Positions 38,568 to 49,585 of a DNA stretch of 64,000 bases are shown in pieces. The position numbers and the translations under genes are program-made. The notes below the pieces were generated by a model. The model saw only the letters and a program-made list of their open reading frames with translations, searched no databases and was not told where the DNA came from. The stretch's first letter is position 1. Every line of letters begins with the position of its first letter. Origin of the DNA: an uncultured Planctomycetia bacterium. GTDB lineage: Bacteria > Omnitrophota > Gorgyraeia > Tantalellales > Tantalellaceae. The stretch covers positions 203,587 through 267,586 of the forward strand of contig CAZNEE010000001.1 of the NCBI GenBank assembly GCA_964572255.1, read 5' to 3'.

Positions 38568-40262
38568 ATGAAAGATACGTATATACTTGGGATCTCAGCT
38601 TTTTATCATGATTCTGCCGCGGCGCTTCTAAAAAACGGCGAGATCATAGCGGCAGCGCAGGAGGAGAGGTTCACCCGAAAGAAACATGATCCATCCTTCC
38701 CCTCAAAGGCTATTGAATACTGCCTGAAAGAGGCAGGGATAAGCGTTAATGATGTTTATATTGCGGCGTTTTACAATAAGCCTGACAGTATTTTAAAAAA
38801 GATTCTTTTGGAGAGGTATATACGTACCGAATTAGGATACGGCGGTTTGGTAACATTTTCTAAAAAGCATCACTCGCATGCCGCAAGTGCGTTTTACCCG
38901 TCACCTTATAATAACGCGGCTGTTCTTACGATCGAAGGAATGGAAAAAGACACCTCTTCAAGTTTTGGCTTTGGCAGAGGAAACAGGATAAAGATCTACC
39001 GCAATATGAAATTCCCCCATTCATTGGGGCTTCTGTATTCCGCGTTTACGCGCTACTGCGGTTTTAAGATAAAGTCAGGTGAATATAAGCTCATGGGCCT
39101 TGCCGCGTACGGCAAACCCAGATATGCGGATGTTATCCTTAAAAATCTGATAGATCTTAAAGAAGACGGATCTTTCAAGCTTAACTTAAAATATTTCGAT
39201 CACAGAAACGAACAAACTTTGCTTAATGAAAGGTTTGAGGAACTGTTTGGAGGCGTTCCCAGAAGGCCTGAGGGCAAGCTAGAACAAAAATACATGGATC
39301 TGGCCCGTTCGGTCCAGGTTGTTACTGAAATGGCGATCATGAATATGGTAAAAAGCCTTCATAGAAAGACCGGCCTGGAAAACCTTTGTTTATCCGGTGC
39401 GTTAGCTCTTAATTGTGTTTCAAACAGTAAAGTGTTAAAAGATGGCCCCTTCAGGAATACATGGATACAACCGGCTTCGTCGGATGCCGGAGGCGCGGTT
39501 GGCGCGGCTTTTATCGCTTGGCATGAGTGTTTAGAAAAAAAGAGAGAAGTTAAAAATAACAAGGATGGACAAAAGGGCAGTTTCCTGGGGCCGGAGTTTT
39601 CCGATGAGGAAGTCGAGAAATTCTTGATCGCGAAAGGAATAACTTTTAAAAGATTTGAGCGTAATAAACTTTTGGAAATTGTTTCAAATTTACTTGCGGA
39701 CAAAAAAGTGGTGGGCTGGTTTCAGGGAAGGATGGAATTCGGGCCAAGAGCGCTCGGGTCAAGAAGCATTATAGCTGACCCAAGGTCTAAGGAAATGAAA
39801 TCTATCATCAATGACAGGATAAAATTCAGGGAATCATTCAGACCCTTTGCCCCAAGTGTGCTTTTAGAAAGCGCGGAAGAATATTTTGAACTGGATCAGG
39901 AAGACCCATACATGCTTTTAACATCTTCCGTGAGAAAGGATGCAAAGATCCCGTCAGTAACACATGTGGATAATTCATCAAGAGTACAAACGGTAAAAAG
40001 GGAAGACAATCCTCTTTATTATGATCTAATAAAAAAGTTCCACGAAGTACATGGTTGCCCGGTCGTAATAAACACTTCGTTCAATACCAGGGGGGAACCT
40101 ATAGTATGCACCCCGGATGATGCTTATAAATGTTTCATGGAAACGGACATCGATTGTCTTGTTATGGGTTCATTCATCGTAGAGAAGGATAAACAGCGCG
40201 TAAAAGAGCGAAAGAAGGAGAAAAGATGCGTATACTACTTACAGGTGGAGCAGGATTTTTAG
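38568..40262 (+). CDS. NodU/CmcH/TobZ-family carbamoyltransferase (diverged Kae1-like domain)
   Basis: [52 protein letters not shown] and NTSFN. Confidence 0.88.
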   Translation: MKDTYILGISAFYHDSAAALLKNGEIIAAAQEERFTRKKHDPSFPSKAIEYCLKEAGISVNDVYIAAFYNKPDSILKKILLERYIRTELGYGGLVTFSKKHHSHAASAFYPSPYNNAAVLTIEGMEKDTSSSFGFGRGNRIKIYRNMKFPHSLGLLYSAFTRYCGFKIKSGEYKLMGLAAYGKPRYADVILKNLIDLKEDGSFKLNLKYFDHRNEQTLLNERFEELFGGVPRRPEGKLEQKYMDLARSVQVVTEMAIMNMVKSLHRKTGLENLCLSGALALNCVSNSKVLKDGPFRNTWIQPASSDAGGAVGAAFIAWHECLEKKREVKNNKDGQKGSFLGPEFSDEEVEKFLIAKGITFKRFERNKLLEIVSNLLADKKVVGWFQGRMEFGPRALGSRSIIADPRSKEMKSIINDRIKFRESFRPFAPSVLLESAEEYFELDQEDPYMLLTSSVRKDAKIPSVTHVDNSSRVQTVKREDNPLYYDLIKKFHEVHGCPVVINTSFNTRGEPIVCTPDDAYKCFMETDIDCLVMGSFIVEKDKQRVKERKKEKRCVYYLQVEQDF

Positions 40263-41176
40263 GGTCACATCTGGCCGACAGGCTCATTGAGGACGGGCAT
40301 CAGGTAATTTGTATGGATAACCTTCTGACGGGGACCATCAGGAACGTATCGCATCTGGCGGGACATCCGCAGTTTGAGTTTATCAAGCAGGATGTCTGTA
40401 AGTACATATTCATAAAAGGAGAGGTGGATTATGTTCTTCATTTCGCATCTCCCGCAAGCCCTATAGATTATCTTGATCATCCCATTAAAACTCTTAAAGT
40501 CGGTTCTTTAGGCACGCATAACGCTTTGGGCCTGGCCAAGGAAAAGAACGCGAAATTTCTTCTGGCTTCCACATCTGAAGTATACGGAGACCCGTTAGTT
40601 AACCCCCAGCCCGAGACATACTGGGGCAATGTCAATCCGGTAGGGCCAAGAGGGGTTTATGATGAAGCAAAACGTTTCGCGGAAGCTATCACACTCGCTT
40701 ATCACAGAACACATGGAGTAGATGCGAAGATAGTCCGCATTTTCAATACATACGGCAGCCGCATGCGTCATCATGACGGAAGGGTAGTACCTGCTTTCAT
40801 TGATGAATGCTTGGATAATGAGCCAATCACGGTCTTCGGCGATGGCTCCCAGACAAGAAGCTTTTGCTACGTATCCGATCTTGTTGAAGGTATAGTGAGA
40901 CTCATGGATTCCGATCTCAATGAGCCTGTAAATATAGGCAATCCCGATGAAATGACCGTTATGAATTTTGCTGAAAAAGTGAAGAAACTTACCGGAAGCA
41001 CGAGTGAGATCATATTTAAAGATCTGCCTGTAAACGACCCCAAGATCAGAAGGCCGGATATCACGAAAGCAAAAAAAGAACTTAACTGGGAACCTAAAGT
41101 GACTCTTGAAGAGGGCTTAAAGAAGACGGTAGAATGGTTCAGAAAAGAAAGAGAAACAGTAAAAGAAGGAAAATAA
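40226..41176 (+). CDS. UDP-glucuronic acid decarboxylase (UXS) family SDR
   Basis: [25 protein letters not shown] and YDEAKRFAE. Confidence 0.9.
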   Translation: MRILLTGGAGFLGSHLADRLIEDGHQVICMDNLLTGTIRNVSHLAGHPQFEFIKQDVCKYIFIKGEVDYVLHFASPASPIDYLDHPIKTLKVGSLGTHNALGLAKEKNAKFLLASTSEVYGDPLVNPQPETYWGNVNPVGPRGVYDEAKRFAEAITLAYHRTHGVDAKIVRIFNTYGSRMRHHDGRVVPAFIDECLDNEPITVFGDGSQTRSFCYVSDLVEGIVRLMDSDLNEPVNIGNPDEMTVMNFAEKVKKLTGSTSEIIFKDLPVNDPKIRRPDITKAKKELNWEPKVTLEEGLKKTVEWFRKERETVKEGK

Positions 41177-41179
41177 CTC

Positions 41180-42163
41180 ATGGCAAAGAAAAAAGCGTTA
41201 ATAACGGGTATAACGGGGCAGGACGGAAGCTATCTTGCGGAATACCTGCTTGAACTCGGGTATGAAGTGCACGGTATGGTTAGGAGAGTTGCTTTAGAGG
41301 ATCAGGCTCATAGATTATCCAGAATACAACATATTTTAGATCGTATTAAACTGCATTGCGGGTCATTGGAAAGTTATCCAAGCATTTTTAAAATAGTTAG
41401 CAAAATTAAACCCGATGAATGCTATCATTTGGCAGCTCAAAGTTTTGTGACTTATTCATTTGAGGATGAATTTTCGACCTTGAATAATAATATAAATGGG
41501 ACACATTTTGTCTTGTCTTCTGTTAATAATGCTGCGCCGGAGTGTAAAGTGTACTTTGCTGCTTCAAGTGAAATGTTTGGCAAGGTTGAAGAAGTGCCAC
41601 AAAAAGAAACTACAAGATTTCATCCCAGGAGCATATACGGGATTTCAAAAGAAGCCGGATTCGAACTAACACGCAATTATCGTGAAGCATATAATGTGTA
41701 TGCATGTAGTGGGATTCTGTTTAATCATGAGTCCCCGAGGAGAGGGTTTGAGTTCGTAACAAGGAAGATCACTTCTACGGCGGCTCAGATAAAGCTGGGT
41801 ATGGCCGATAAACTTTACCTGGGCAATTTAGAAGCTAAAAGGGATTGGGGCCATGCAAAAGAATATGTAAAGGCGATGCATGCGATGCTTCAACAAGACA
41901 AAGCAGATGATTTTGTAATTGGGACAGAAGAGACGCATTCTGTAAAAGAATTTGCCGAAGTGGCTTTTAAAACACTTGATTTAGATTACCGTAAGTATGT
42001 TGAGGTTGATAAAACATTTTATAGACCGGCTGAAGTAGAGTTGTTAATAGCAGACACTTCTAAGGCTAAAAAAGAACTTGGATGGAATTATAAGATAAAA
42101 TTTGAACAATTAGTTGAGGAAATGGTCAAGGCTGACTATGAATACTATAAGGAAAAAATATAA
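41180..42163 (+). CDS. gmd: GDP-mannose 4,6-dehydratase
   Basis: GITGQDGSYL, LAAQSFV, FNHESPRRG and RDWGHA. Confidence 0.95.
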   Translation: MAKKKALITGITGQDGSYLAEYLLELGYEVHGMVRRVALEDQAHRLSRIQHILDRIKLHCGSLESYPSIFKIVSKIKPDECYHLAAQSFVTYSFEDEFSTLNNNINGTHFVLSSVNNAAPECKVYFAASSEMFGKVEEVPQKETTRFHPRSIYGISKEAGFELTRNYREAYNVYACSGILFNHESPRRGFEFVTRKITSTAAQIKLGMADKLYLGNLEAKRDWGHAKEYVKAMHAMLQQDKADDFVIGTEETHSVKEFAEVAFKTLDLDYRKYVEVDKTFYRPAEVELLIADTSKAKKELGWNYKIKFEQLVEEMVKADYEYYKEKI

Positions 42164-42204
42164 AAATGTTAAATGACGAGGTTTAAATGGTGAAGGGGAC
42201 TAAA

Positions 42205-43326
42205 ATGCAGATACCATTATTGGATCTTAAAGCTCAATATCAGACCATAAAGAATGAAGTCGATGAAGCTATTAAACGTGTAGTTGAAAGCCAGTATTTT
42301 ATTCTGTCTGAAGAAGTTGAGAGGTTAGAAAATGAGGTTGCTGCATATACGGGGGCAAGATCCGGAGCAGGTGTCGCTTCGGGAACGGATGCGCTTATAC
42401 TTGCTCTCCATGCTGTAGGCATTAGAAAAGGCGACAGGGTCATAACTACACCCTTTACTTTTTTTGCGACAGGGGAAGCCATTTCTGTTTTAGGCGCCAT
42501 CCCAACTTTTGTTGACATAGACCCGGGAACTTATAATATCGATCCTGATAAGATAGAGGAATTATTAAAGGGCATGAACGAAAAGGAGCGCAAGGCAATA
42601 AAGGCGATAATCCCGGTACATATTTACGGTCAGTGTGCGGATATGACCCGCATAATGGAGATAGCTAAAAAATATGACCTTAAAGTAATTGAAGACTGTG
42701 CTCAGGCCATAGGCGCATTACACAACGGCAAAAAAGCCGGAAGTTTCGGAGATGCCGGATGCTTAAGCTTTTTCCCGAGCAAAAACCTTGGAGGATTCGG
42801 GGACGGGGGAATGGTGGTTTCCGGCGACCAGGGTTTGACTGACCGCATCAAAAAGCTGCGGGTACATGGAAGCACAAAACAATACATACATGAGGAAATA
42901 GGGTATAATTCCAGGCTTGATAGCCTGCAGGCGGCTGTTCTTAGGGTCAAATTGAAAAAATTGGATGAGTGGCTCCAAGACCGAAGAAATATCGCTAAGA
43001 AATATGATGAAGCGCTTGCGCCGTTAGGGATTATAGTGCCAAAAGTAGCTGAAGGCAATGTTCACACCTATCATCAATACACGATCGCTTTAGAGAAAAG
43101 AGACGGTCTCCTGAAGCATCTTAATGATAACGGCATTGCGGTACGTGTTTATTACCCGGTACCTTTGCATATGCAGCCGTGTTATAAGGACCTGGGTTAT
43201 TCCAAGGGAAGTATACCCATTGCGGAAGAAAGGTCGGAAAAGATCCTTTCCCTGCCTGCTTATTCCGAACTGACCGACGAAAAGGTTGCTTATATAATCG
43301 ATACGGTTAAAGATTTCTTAAAGTAA
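42205..43326 (+). CDS. DegT/DnrJ/EryC1 sugar aminotransferase
   Basis: IPLLDLKAQY, SGTDAL, EDCAQA and SFFPSKNLGGFGDGG. Alternative start at 42187. Confidence 0.92.
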   Translation: MQIPLLDLKAQYQTIKNEVDEAIKRVVESQYFILSEEVERLENEVAAYTGARSGAGVASGTDALILALHAVGIRKGDRVITTPFTFFATGEAISVLGAIPTFVDIDPGTYNIDPDKIEELLKGMNEKERKAIKAIIPVHIYGQCADMTRIMEIAKKYDLKVIEDCAQAIGALHNGKKAGSFGDAGCLSFFPSKNLGGFGDGGMVVSGDQGLTDRIKKLRVHGSTKQYIHEEIGYNSRLDSLQAAVLRVKLKKLDEWLQDRRNIAKKYDEALAPLGIIVPKVAEGNVHTYHQYTIALEKRDGLLKHLNDNGIAVRVYYPVPLHMQPCYKDLGYSKGSIPIAEERSEKILSLPAYSELTDEKVAYIIDTVKDFLK

Positions 43327-43339
43327 ACTCATCATTCGC

Positions 43340-44047
43340 ATGGATCTTTCTATCATAATCCCCGCATATAACGAAGAGAAGCGTTTAGGCCCGACTTTGG
43401 AGAAGATCCGGGCCTTCATGGAGGGCAAGGACACCTCTTATGAGGTAATTGTTGTTGCCGACGGAAGTGAAGACCGTACAAGAGAAGTGGCGGAAGAAAG
43501 CCTTTTGGCGAAAGAAGGACATATTACCACTTTAAAGAACAGAAAAACAAGAGGGAAGGGGTATGCTATTGAAAGAGGTGTGAGGGTAGCTGACGGCGAT
43601 CTAATTCTATTTACGGACGCTGACCTTTCAACTCCGATAGAAGAAATTGATAAATTGATAAGAAGTATCAAAAATGGAGCGGATATCGCTATCGGGTCCA
43701 GATCAATAAATACATCGGAAGTCTTGACCAGACAGCCCTTTTATCGTCAGACCATGGGGAAGGCGTTTAATCTGCTTATTCGTTTAATACTTGGTCAGAA
43801 ATTTAAAGACACCCAATGCGGTTTTAAATTATTCAAAAAGGATACAGCTAAGGTGCTTTTCAAGCAAATAAAAATACCGGGCTTTGCTTTTGACGCGGAG
43901 ATCATCTACCTTGCACTTAGGAACGGCTTTAAAGTAGACGAAGTGGGCGTGAAGTGGTTAAATTCTGCCGAGAGTAAGGTGCATCCCGTTTTTTCTTCTT
44001 TGCAGATGCTGCGTGATGTTATCAGGGTAAGGTTCATTCATAGGTAG
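43340..44047 (+). CDS. GT2 polyprenol-phosphate glycosyltransferase (DPG-synthase-like)
   Basis: SIIIPAYNEE, GKGYA, FTDADLS, DTQCGFK and FAFDAE. Confidence 0.9.
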   Translation: MDLSIIIPAYNEEKRLGPTLEKIRAFMEGKDTSYEVIVVADGSEDRTREVAEESLLAKEGHITTLKNRKTRGKGYAIERGVRVADGDLILFTDADLSTPIEEIDKLIRSIKNGADIAIGSRSINTSEVLTRQPFYRQTMGKAFNLLIRLILGQKFKDTQCGFKLFKKDTAKVLFKQIKIPGFAFDAEIIYLALRNGFKVDEVGVKWLNSAESKVHPVFSSLQMLRDVIRVRFIHR

Positions 44048-44056
44048 AATAAGCAT

Positions 44057-45757
44057 ATGAGATCGATCTTAAAAGGTAATTTTTTACTAGTTATCATTAT
44101 TTTACTCGGGATAGTCCTGAGGATCTGGGGGCTCGGGTTTGGCCTTCCAAATCAATTTCATCAGGATGAGCCGATAGTCGTCAATCATGCGCTTGCTTAC
44201 GGGACAGGCGACCTAAACCCGCATTTTTTTATCATTCCGCCGCTTACTTCTTATATTTTGTTTTTTTTCTACGCTATTTACTTTCTAATGGGATCTCTTA
44301 TCGGCAAGTTCACGGGAGCTGAGTCTTTCGCTTTAAGTTTTTTCAGCGACCCCACATCTTTTTACTTAATGGGCAGATTTCTTATCGGGGTCATTCCGAG
44401 CATATTAAGTGTTTATCTCGTATATCGTTTAGCTTGTAAGTTTTTCTCTAGAGAAGCAGCGGTTTATTCGGCTTTTGTGGCGGCGATTGCGTTCTTAAAT
44501 GTTGTTAATGCGCATTATATTTATACAGACAACCTTTTGGTATTATTTATATTACTTTCGTATATCGCTATGGCAAATCTGATCGAAAGGGGAAGGCTAA
44601 AAGATTATATCTTGTCAGGCATTTTGATAGGGATCGCTACAGCTGTTAAGTATAACGCAGCATTACTCGTCGCGCCTTTTTTCATTTCGCATCTATTGGT
44701 AAATAAAGGAGATAATAGAAATAAACTTTTCGACTCAAAACTTTTTGTTTTTGCCGGAGTCGTGGCGTTAACATTTATCATTTGTAATCCTTATTCTGTT
44801 TTGGACTGGAAGTTTTTCTTAGGTTCCGTTACCGGTAAAATAAGGCATGGATATCTTGGCTGGAGCCATCATATCACATATTCGATGTTCGAAGGGGTAG
44901 GCATTATGCCGACACTTTTAGGAATAATAGGACTTGGAGCTGTTTTGGGGAAAAAGTTCAAAGAAACCTTATTTTTAATATCGTTTCCGGCTGTTTTTTA
45001 TATTCATCTGATCTTTGCCAGCCAGCCGTTTTCAAGATACGTTCTTGTTTTGATTCCTTTTACGGCCATGTATTCGGGATTTTTGCTGTTCGACTACATT
45101 TATCCGAGATCTGAGCGCAAAATCTTAAAATTATCAGTTGTAGCAATTGCGGTTTTAACGATTTTACCGACAACGGTTAAATCCATTAAGGCGGACATGC
45201 TTTTTTCAGGGGAAGATACGCGCGTGATAGCGGCTGACTGGATCAAGGCAAATGTTCCCCCCGGCACTAAGATCGCTTTTGATTCGGTTTTCTTTGCGCC
45301 TGCGGTTAGCCAAACGCTAGAGCAGCTGGAAAGTAAAAGAGAGATCTTAACGAGACAGCCTGAGCTAAAGGGCCTGAAGGGAAGAAAACTGGATCTCCAG
45401 ATCAAAGCTTTCAAGGAAGATAAAACGTACCGGATCTATTATCTCGGGGAAGATACCGAAGTGACCGGACAGTTTTTAAGCTATTGGCCCGCGATTGAAA
45501 GTTCCTCAGCTGACTTGAAAAAATATGAGATAGAATACGTGGTTTTTAATAATATGACCATGTCAGAAAGAATAAAAGATCTGCATAAGGAAATAGCCGA
45601 AAAAATCAAACCGGAAAAGGTGTTCAGCCCATACAAGGATGGGAATTTCAGGCGATCTTACGATGAGACAGCCATGACATGTATTCCCGCCAAAGACAAG
45701 GAGCTGTTTTCAAGAACAAGAACAGGCCCAGCTATTATTATTTACAAGGTAGAATAA
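44057..45757 (+). CDS. GT-C fold membrane glycosyltransferase (PMT/ArnT-like)
   Basis: LRIWGLGFGLP...HQDE acidic motif after TM1, ATAVKYN and many TM helices. Confidence 0.78.
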   Translation: MRSILKGNFLLVIIILLGIVLRIWGLGFGLPNQFHQDEPIVVNHALAYGTGDLNPHFFIIPPLTSYILFFFYAIYFLMGSLIGKFTGAESFALSFFSDPTSFYLMGRFLIGVIPSILSVYLVYRLACKFFSREAAVYSAFVAAIAFLNVVNAHYIYTDNLLVLFILLSYIAMANLIERGRLKDYILSGILIGIATAVKYNAALLVAPFFISHLLVNKGDNRNKLFDSKLFVFAGVVALTFIICNPYSVLDWKFFLGSVTGKIRHGYLGWSHHITYSMFEGVGIMPTLLGIIGLGAVLGKKFKETLFLISFPAVFYIHLIFASQPFSRYVLVLIPFTAMYSGFLLFDYIYPRSERKILKLSVVAIAVLTILPTTVKSIKADMLFSGEDTRVIAADWIKANVPPGTKIAFDSVFFAPAVSQTLEQLESKREILTRQPELKGLKGRKLDLQIKAFKEDKTYRIYYLGEDTEVTGQFLSYWPAIESSSADLKKYEIEYVVFNNMTMSERIKDLHKEIAEKIKPEKVFSPYKDGNFRRSYDETAMTCIPAKDKELFSRTRTGPAIIIYKVE

Positions 45758-47922
45758 TGAAGCCTTTTAAGCATTCTGGATTTACATTAGCGTTTTTATT
45801 CACCATAGGTATTTTTCTATTCCCCCTTATATCTATGCGCGCGTCTTTTATCTATGGCGATAATCTCGTTCAATTTTACCCCTGGTTCAAGATCTACGCT
45901 GATTCAATAAAGCACCTGCAGCTTCCTTTCTGGACAACCTTTATGCAGAGCGGATTTCCCTTAATGGCCGAAGGGCAGGTAGGCGGATGGTATCCGTTAA
46001 ATATGCTGATGTTCTTCCTGCTTCCCTTTAGAATAGCTTACAATTATTCAATCATCCTGCATTTTATCTTGGGAGGGGTTTTTACATACTTTTATTCACG
46101 CAGGGTAGGGGCAGATGAGGCAGGCGGATATCTTGCGGCGCTTCTTTTTTGCTTTGGAAGTGCTTACGCCGGGTGTTTTTACAATATCATAACCTTAAGA
46201 ACCCTTGCGTGGTTTCCGCTTGTTCTTTTGCTGTTTGAAATATATTTGGATAAACGCAAAATATCCTACATGTTTTTAGCGGGATTAGTAGCGGGGTTCC
46301 AGCTATTGGCGGGATTCATCCAGGTTGCGGCATACAGCGTATTGTTTTATTTAGCGTATTTTATTTATACGTCAAGCTTGAGAAAAATAGATGCCGCAAA
46401 AACACTATTTTCAACCGGCACCTTTCTTTTAACGGCTTTTATTGTTTCCCTGCCGCAGCTTATGCTCACCTTTCAGCTGGCTAACCTATCGAGCAGGGAA
46501 GGGGCGACTTTGGGTTTCGCTTTATGGGGGTCTCTTTCTCCGATCAAACTTTTGGGTACGGTATTTCCGTATTTTGTTTTAAAAGGGACGACTTTTTATA
46601 TAGGGATATTCAGTCTCCTTCTTCTGATAACATCGTTTTACAGCATGAGATCCGATCTCAAGATGCGGCCTTTATTAATGGTATTTTTACTTTCATTTTT
46701 TCTCGCCTTAGGGAAGTATAATCCATTATATTTCTTAGCATTGAAAATAACCCGCTTTTACAGTTTCCGTAATCCGTCAAAGTTCCTGTTCTTCGGCATG
46801 TTTGCGGCATCAGTATTGGCGGGGACAGGGCTTACACGGTTTTTTCGCAGTGATTTTCAAAACAAAAGACCGATCCGGATCTTCAAAGCATTCCTTATCG
46901 CAATGGCGGGCATATTTTTCGCTTTCAAGGCAATAATATTAATATTTGGCGGGAAGCTTATAAAATTCGGGAAGTGGTACGCGATTAATTATATTTACGG
47001 GAAGGATTTTCACAGGCACAGCCTCCAAACATACATGGAAAAGGTCGAGAGTTTTTATGCGGGCCTGGTCCAGAAATCCTCGATCCTGAATCCCTTCATT
47101 TTGACTTCGATCGGCCTGTGTATTATAGCGTTAATTTTTTGCGGATATATTTTACGGAAGAAAAAACCCGCTCCGATCTTCAAGGGCATACTTGTTCTAA
47201 TAATATTTTTGGATCTTTTTGTTTACAGTTTTTACGGGACGGGATTTAGGGGTAATATCCGGAATTTTAATGAGTTAGGACCGGCATATCCTCTTTTATA
47301 TAAAATTGTCGCTAATGATAAGGAGATTTTCAGGATCCTGCCTTATGATGTAGCTTCGGGTAAACTGCCTAACTGGGCGATGCCTAATTCAAATGCTATA
47401 TGGAATATTGACAGTGTCGCGGCTTATTCGCCGCTGGTCTCCGAGAAATACTATAAAAAGTTAAACGGATTGGAAGCCGTCGATAATTCCCTTGGCTTAT
47501 TGACGCCTTCTGAAGGAGCTTTTAGGGATAAGTGGGAAATTTTACGCCTTTTGAACGTGAAATATGTGGTTTCTTCGGAAGAAATTAAAGAACATTTTTT
47601 TGAACGGAACTGGAAAGAAAAAGATATATATATGTATTCACTGAAAAATGCCCTGCCGAGGGGATACGTAATAGCGCACTTACAGGAGCCCTTAAGATTC
47701 ATCGACAAAGATCCAAAGATCACGGAATATAGATCAGGTTATGCAAAGTTCTCACTCGACATAAGAGAAAACGCTTATTTAGTGTTCTCGGAATTCAATT
47801 ATCCGGGTTGGAAAGCGGCAATTGACGGAAAAAAGGCGAAGATCGAGAGCTTTCAAGACATTTTAATGGCAGTGCATGTTCCGAAAGGCGAACACGAAGT
47901 TGAATTTAAATACACCCGTTAA
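45757..47922 (+). CDS. YfhO-like GT-C membrane protein
   Basis: GDNLVQFYPW, LPFW...SGFPL and C-terminal SEFNYPGWKAAIDG...VPKGEHEVEF. ATG 45757 is coupled to the upstream stop (TAATG). Confidence 0.78.
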   Translation: MKPFKHSGFTLAFLFTIGIFLFPLISMRASFIYGDNLVQFYPWFKIYADSIKHLQLPFWTTFMQSGFPLMAEGQVGGWYPLNMLMFFLLPFRIAYNYSIILHFILGGVFTYFYSRRVGADEAGGYLAALLFCFGSAYAGCFYNIITLRTLAWFPLVLLLFEIYLDKRKISYMFLAGLVAGFQLLAGFIQVAAYSVLFYLAYFIYTSSLRKIDAAKTLFSTGTFLLTAFIVSLPQLMLTFQLANLSSREGATLGFALWGSLSPIKLLGTVFPYFVLKGTTFYIGIFSLLLLITSFYSMRSDLKMRPLLMVFLLSFFLALGKYNPLYFLALKITRFYSFRNPSKFLFFGMFAASVLAGTGLTRFFRSDFQNKRPIRIFKAFLIAMAGIFFAFKAIILIFGGKLIKFGKWYAINYIYGKDFHRHSLQTYMEKVESFYAGLVQKSSILNPFILTSIGLCIIALIFCGYILRKKKPAPIFKGILVLIIFLDLFVYSFYGTGFRGNIRNFNELGPAYPLLYKIVANDKEIFRILPYDVASGKLPNWAMPNSNAIWNIDSVAAYSPLVSEKYYKKLNGLEAVDNSLGLLTPSEGAFRDKWEILRLLNVKYVVSSEEIKEHFFERNWKEKDIYMYSLKNALPRGYVIAHLQEPLRFIDKDPKITEYRSGYAKFSLDIRENAYLVFSEFNYPGWKAAIDGKKAKIESFQDILMAVHVPKGEHEVEFKYTR

Positions 47923-49573
47923 AAATTATACAGTTCTTTTTCTTCTCGTAGTTATATTTATTTCTCTCGCGCTGACAAGTGCCGTCAGAAAATCCCCGGT
48001 TTCAGATGAAGCTGCCCATCATATTCCTGTGGGTTACGTTTTTCTGACTAAAGGAGATTTCGCCTTCGCGACAGATTCTCCGCCCCTGGCAAGGATCCTC
48101 GCGGCTTTGCCGCTTCTTTCATTGGATGTAAAACTTCCGGATGAGAGGTCTTTTTGGGCGAGGGAAGACAGGGCGGAATTTTCCCGAGATTTTTTATATA
48201 AACTGAACAGGAGTATTTTCGATAAGATCCTTTTATTTGCCCGCATACCGATGATGATTTTAGGTGTGTTTGGAGGGGTTTTCCTCTTTTTCTGGGTCAG
48301 GAAGCATTATGATTCCCAGGTCGCGGTCTTAACGGCTATTTTTTATTTTCTTTCACCGAACATACTGGCGCATTCAAGGTTTGCAACGACGGATATAGCG
48401 GCCTCTGTTTTTATTATGTGTTCGGTTCTTTCTTTCTGGGATTTCTTGATATCGAGAAGGAATATAGAAGCTTTAATATCGGGAATATTTCTGGCCCTGG
48501 CGATGATGGCAAAGTACTCAGCGTTATTACTTTTGCCGATTTATATTATTTTGGTGCTGGGTACAATCTTAAATGAGAGATTCTTTAAGGGGAAGAGAGT
48601 TTCCTTAGATTTTTTCTTCAAACTCCTTTTTTGCTTATTTATCTCTGCTTTAGTTTTGTGGTCCGGATATGCCTTTGAATTTAAACCGTTCCTTAAAGAT
48701 GTATTGAGACCGGAAAGTAAGATCGTTGTTTTCACTGATATGTTAAACTCGATCCCTTTTGCTGGTGAAGGATTCAAGGCTAAAGCTGTTGAATTTCTTT
48801 ATACAGCTTCCGTTCCACTTGGTTCTTTTGTCTTGGGTGTTATAGGTGTCCTCAAACATGCCGCTGAAGGGGTTGGTATCTTTTTCATGGGCGCGTGGAG
48901 ACATCAAGGGCATCCGTTGTATTACGTGGCAGCATTTCTATTGAAGACGCCGATTCCGGTTATAATCTTCTTCTTTATCGGGCTGATTTTTGCCGCGAGG
49001 AATAAATCTCTAAATTTGTACTTACTGCTGATGATCTTCAGCTTTTTTGTATTTGCGTCCAGGTCGAACCTGCAACTGGGATTAAGGTATGTATTGCCGG
49101 TTTACCCGTTTATTTTTATCATTTCAGCTTTGGGGGCTAAGTATGTTTTTAATAAAGGAACTGTGTATAAAACATTCGGGATAGTTCTTATCTTGTGGTT
49201 TTTGACAGTTCCGTTTTTCATATGGCCGGATTATCTTAGCTATTTCAATGAATCAATAGGAGGCCCTGATAACGGGCATAAATATCTCAGGGATTCAAAT
49301 ATTGACTGGGGGCAGGATCTGCCTGCTTTAAAACAATACATGCTTGAGAATAATATTGAATCCGTAAAATTAGCTTATTTTGGGGAAGGCGACCCCACGT
49401 ATTATGGTATAAGATCAGAGGATATCACTGAAATCGAGCTGATAGAACCTGAAAAAGAAGTTTATGCGATAAGTATCCGGCATATAGACAGTTGCAGATG
49501 GACTAAAGATAAAAAACCTGATTCAAAAGCGGGTTATTCGATATTTATTTACGATTTGAGGGAAAAAGAATAA
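47876..49573 (+). CDS. GT-C fold membrane glycosyltransferase (ArnT-like)
   Basis: SPVSDEAAH, PNILAHSRFATTD, AKYSA, LGLRY and DSNIDWGQDL. Confidence 0.8.
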   Translation: MFRKANTKLNLNTPVKNYTVLFLLVVIFISLALTSAVRKSPVSDEAAHHIPVGYVFLTKGDFAFATDSPPLARILAALPLLSLDVKLPDERSFWAREDRAEFSRDFLYKLNRSIFDKILLFARIPMMILGVFGGVFLFFWVRKHYDSQVAVLTAIFYFLSPNILAHSRFATTDIAASVFIMCSVLSFWDFLISRRNIEALISGIFLALAMMAKYSALLLLPIYIILVLGTILNERFFKGKRVSLDFFFKLLFCLFISALVLWSGYAFEFKPFLKDVLRPESKIVVFTDMLNSIPFAGEGFKAKAVEFLYTASVPLGSFVLGVIGVLKHAAEGVGIFFMGAWRHQGHPLYYVAAFLLKTPIPVIIFFFIGLIFAARNKSLNLYLLLMIFSFFVFASRSNLQLGLRYVLPVYPFIFIISALGAKYVFNKGTVYKTFGIVLILWFLTVPFFIWPDYLSYFNESIGGPDNGHKYLRDSNIDWGQDLPALKQYMLENNIESVKLAYFGEGDPTYYGIRSEDITEIELIEPEKEVYAISIRHIDSCRWTKDKKPDSKAGYSIFIYDLREKE

Positions 49574-49585
49574 AATAATAAAACT

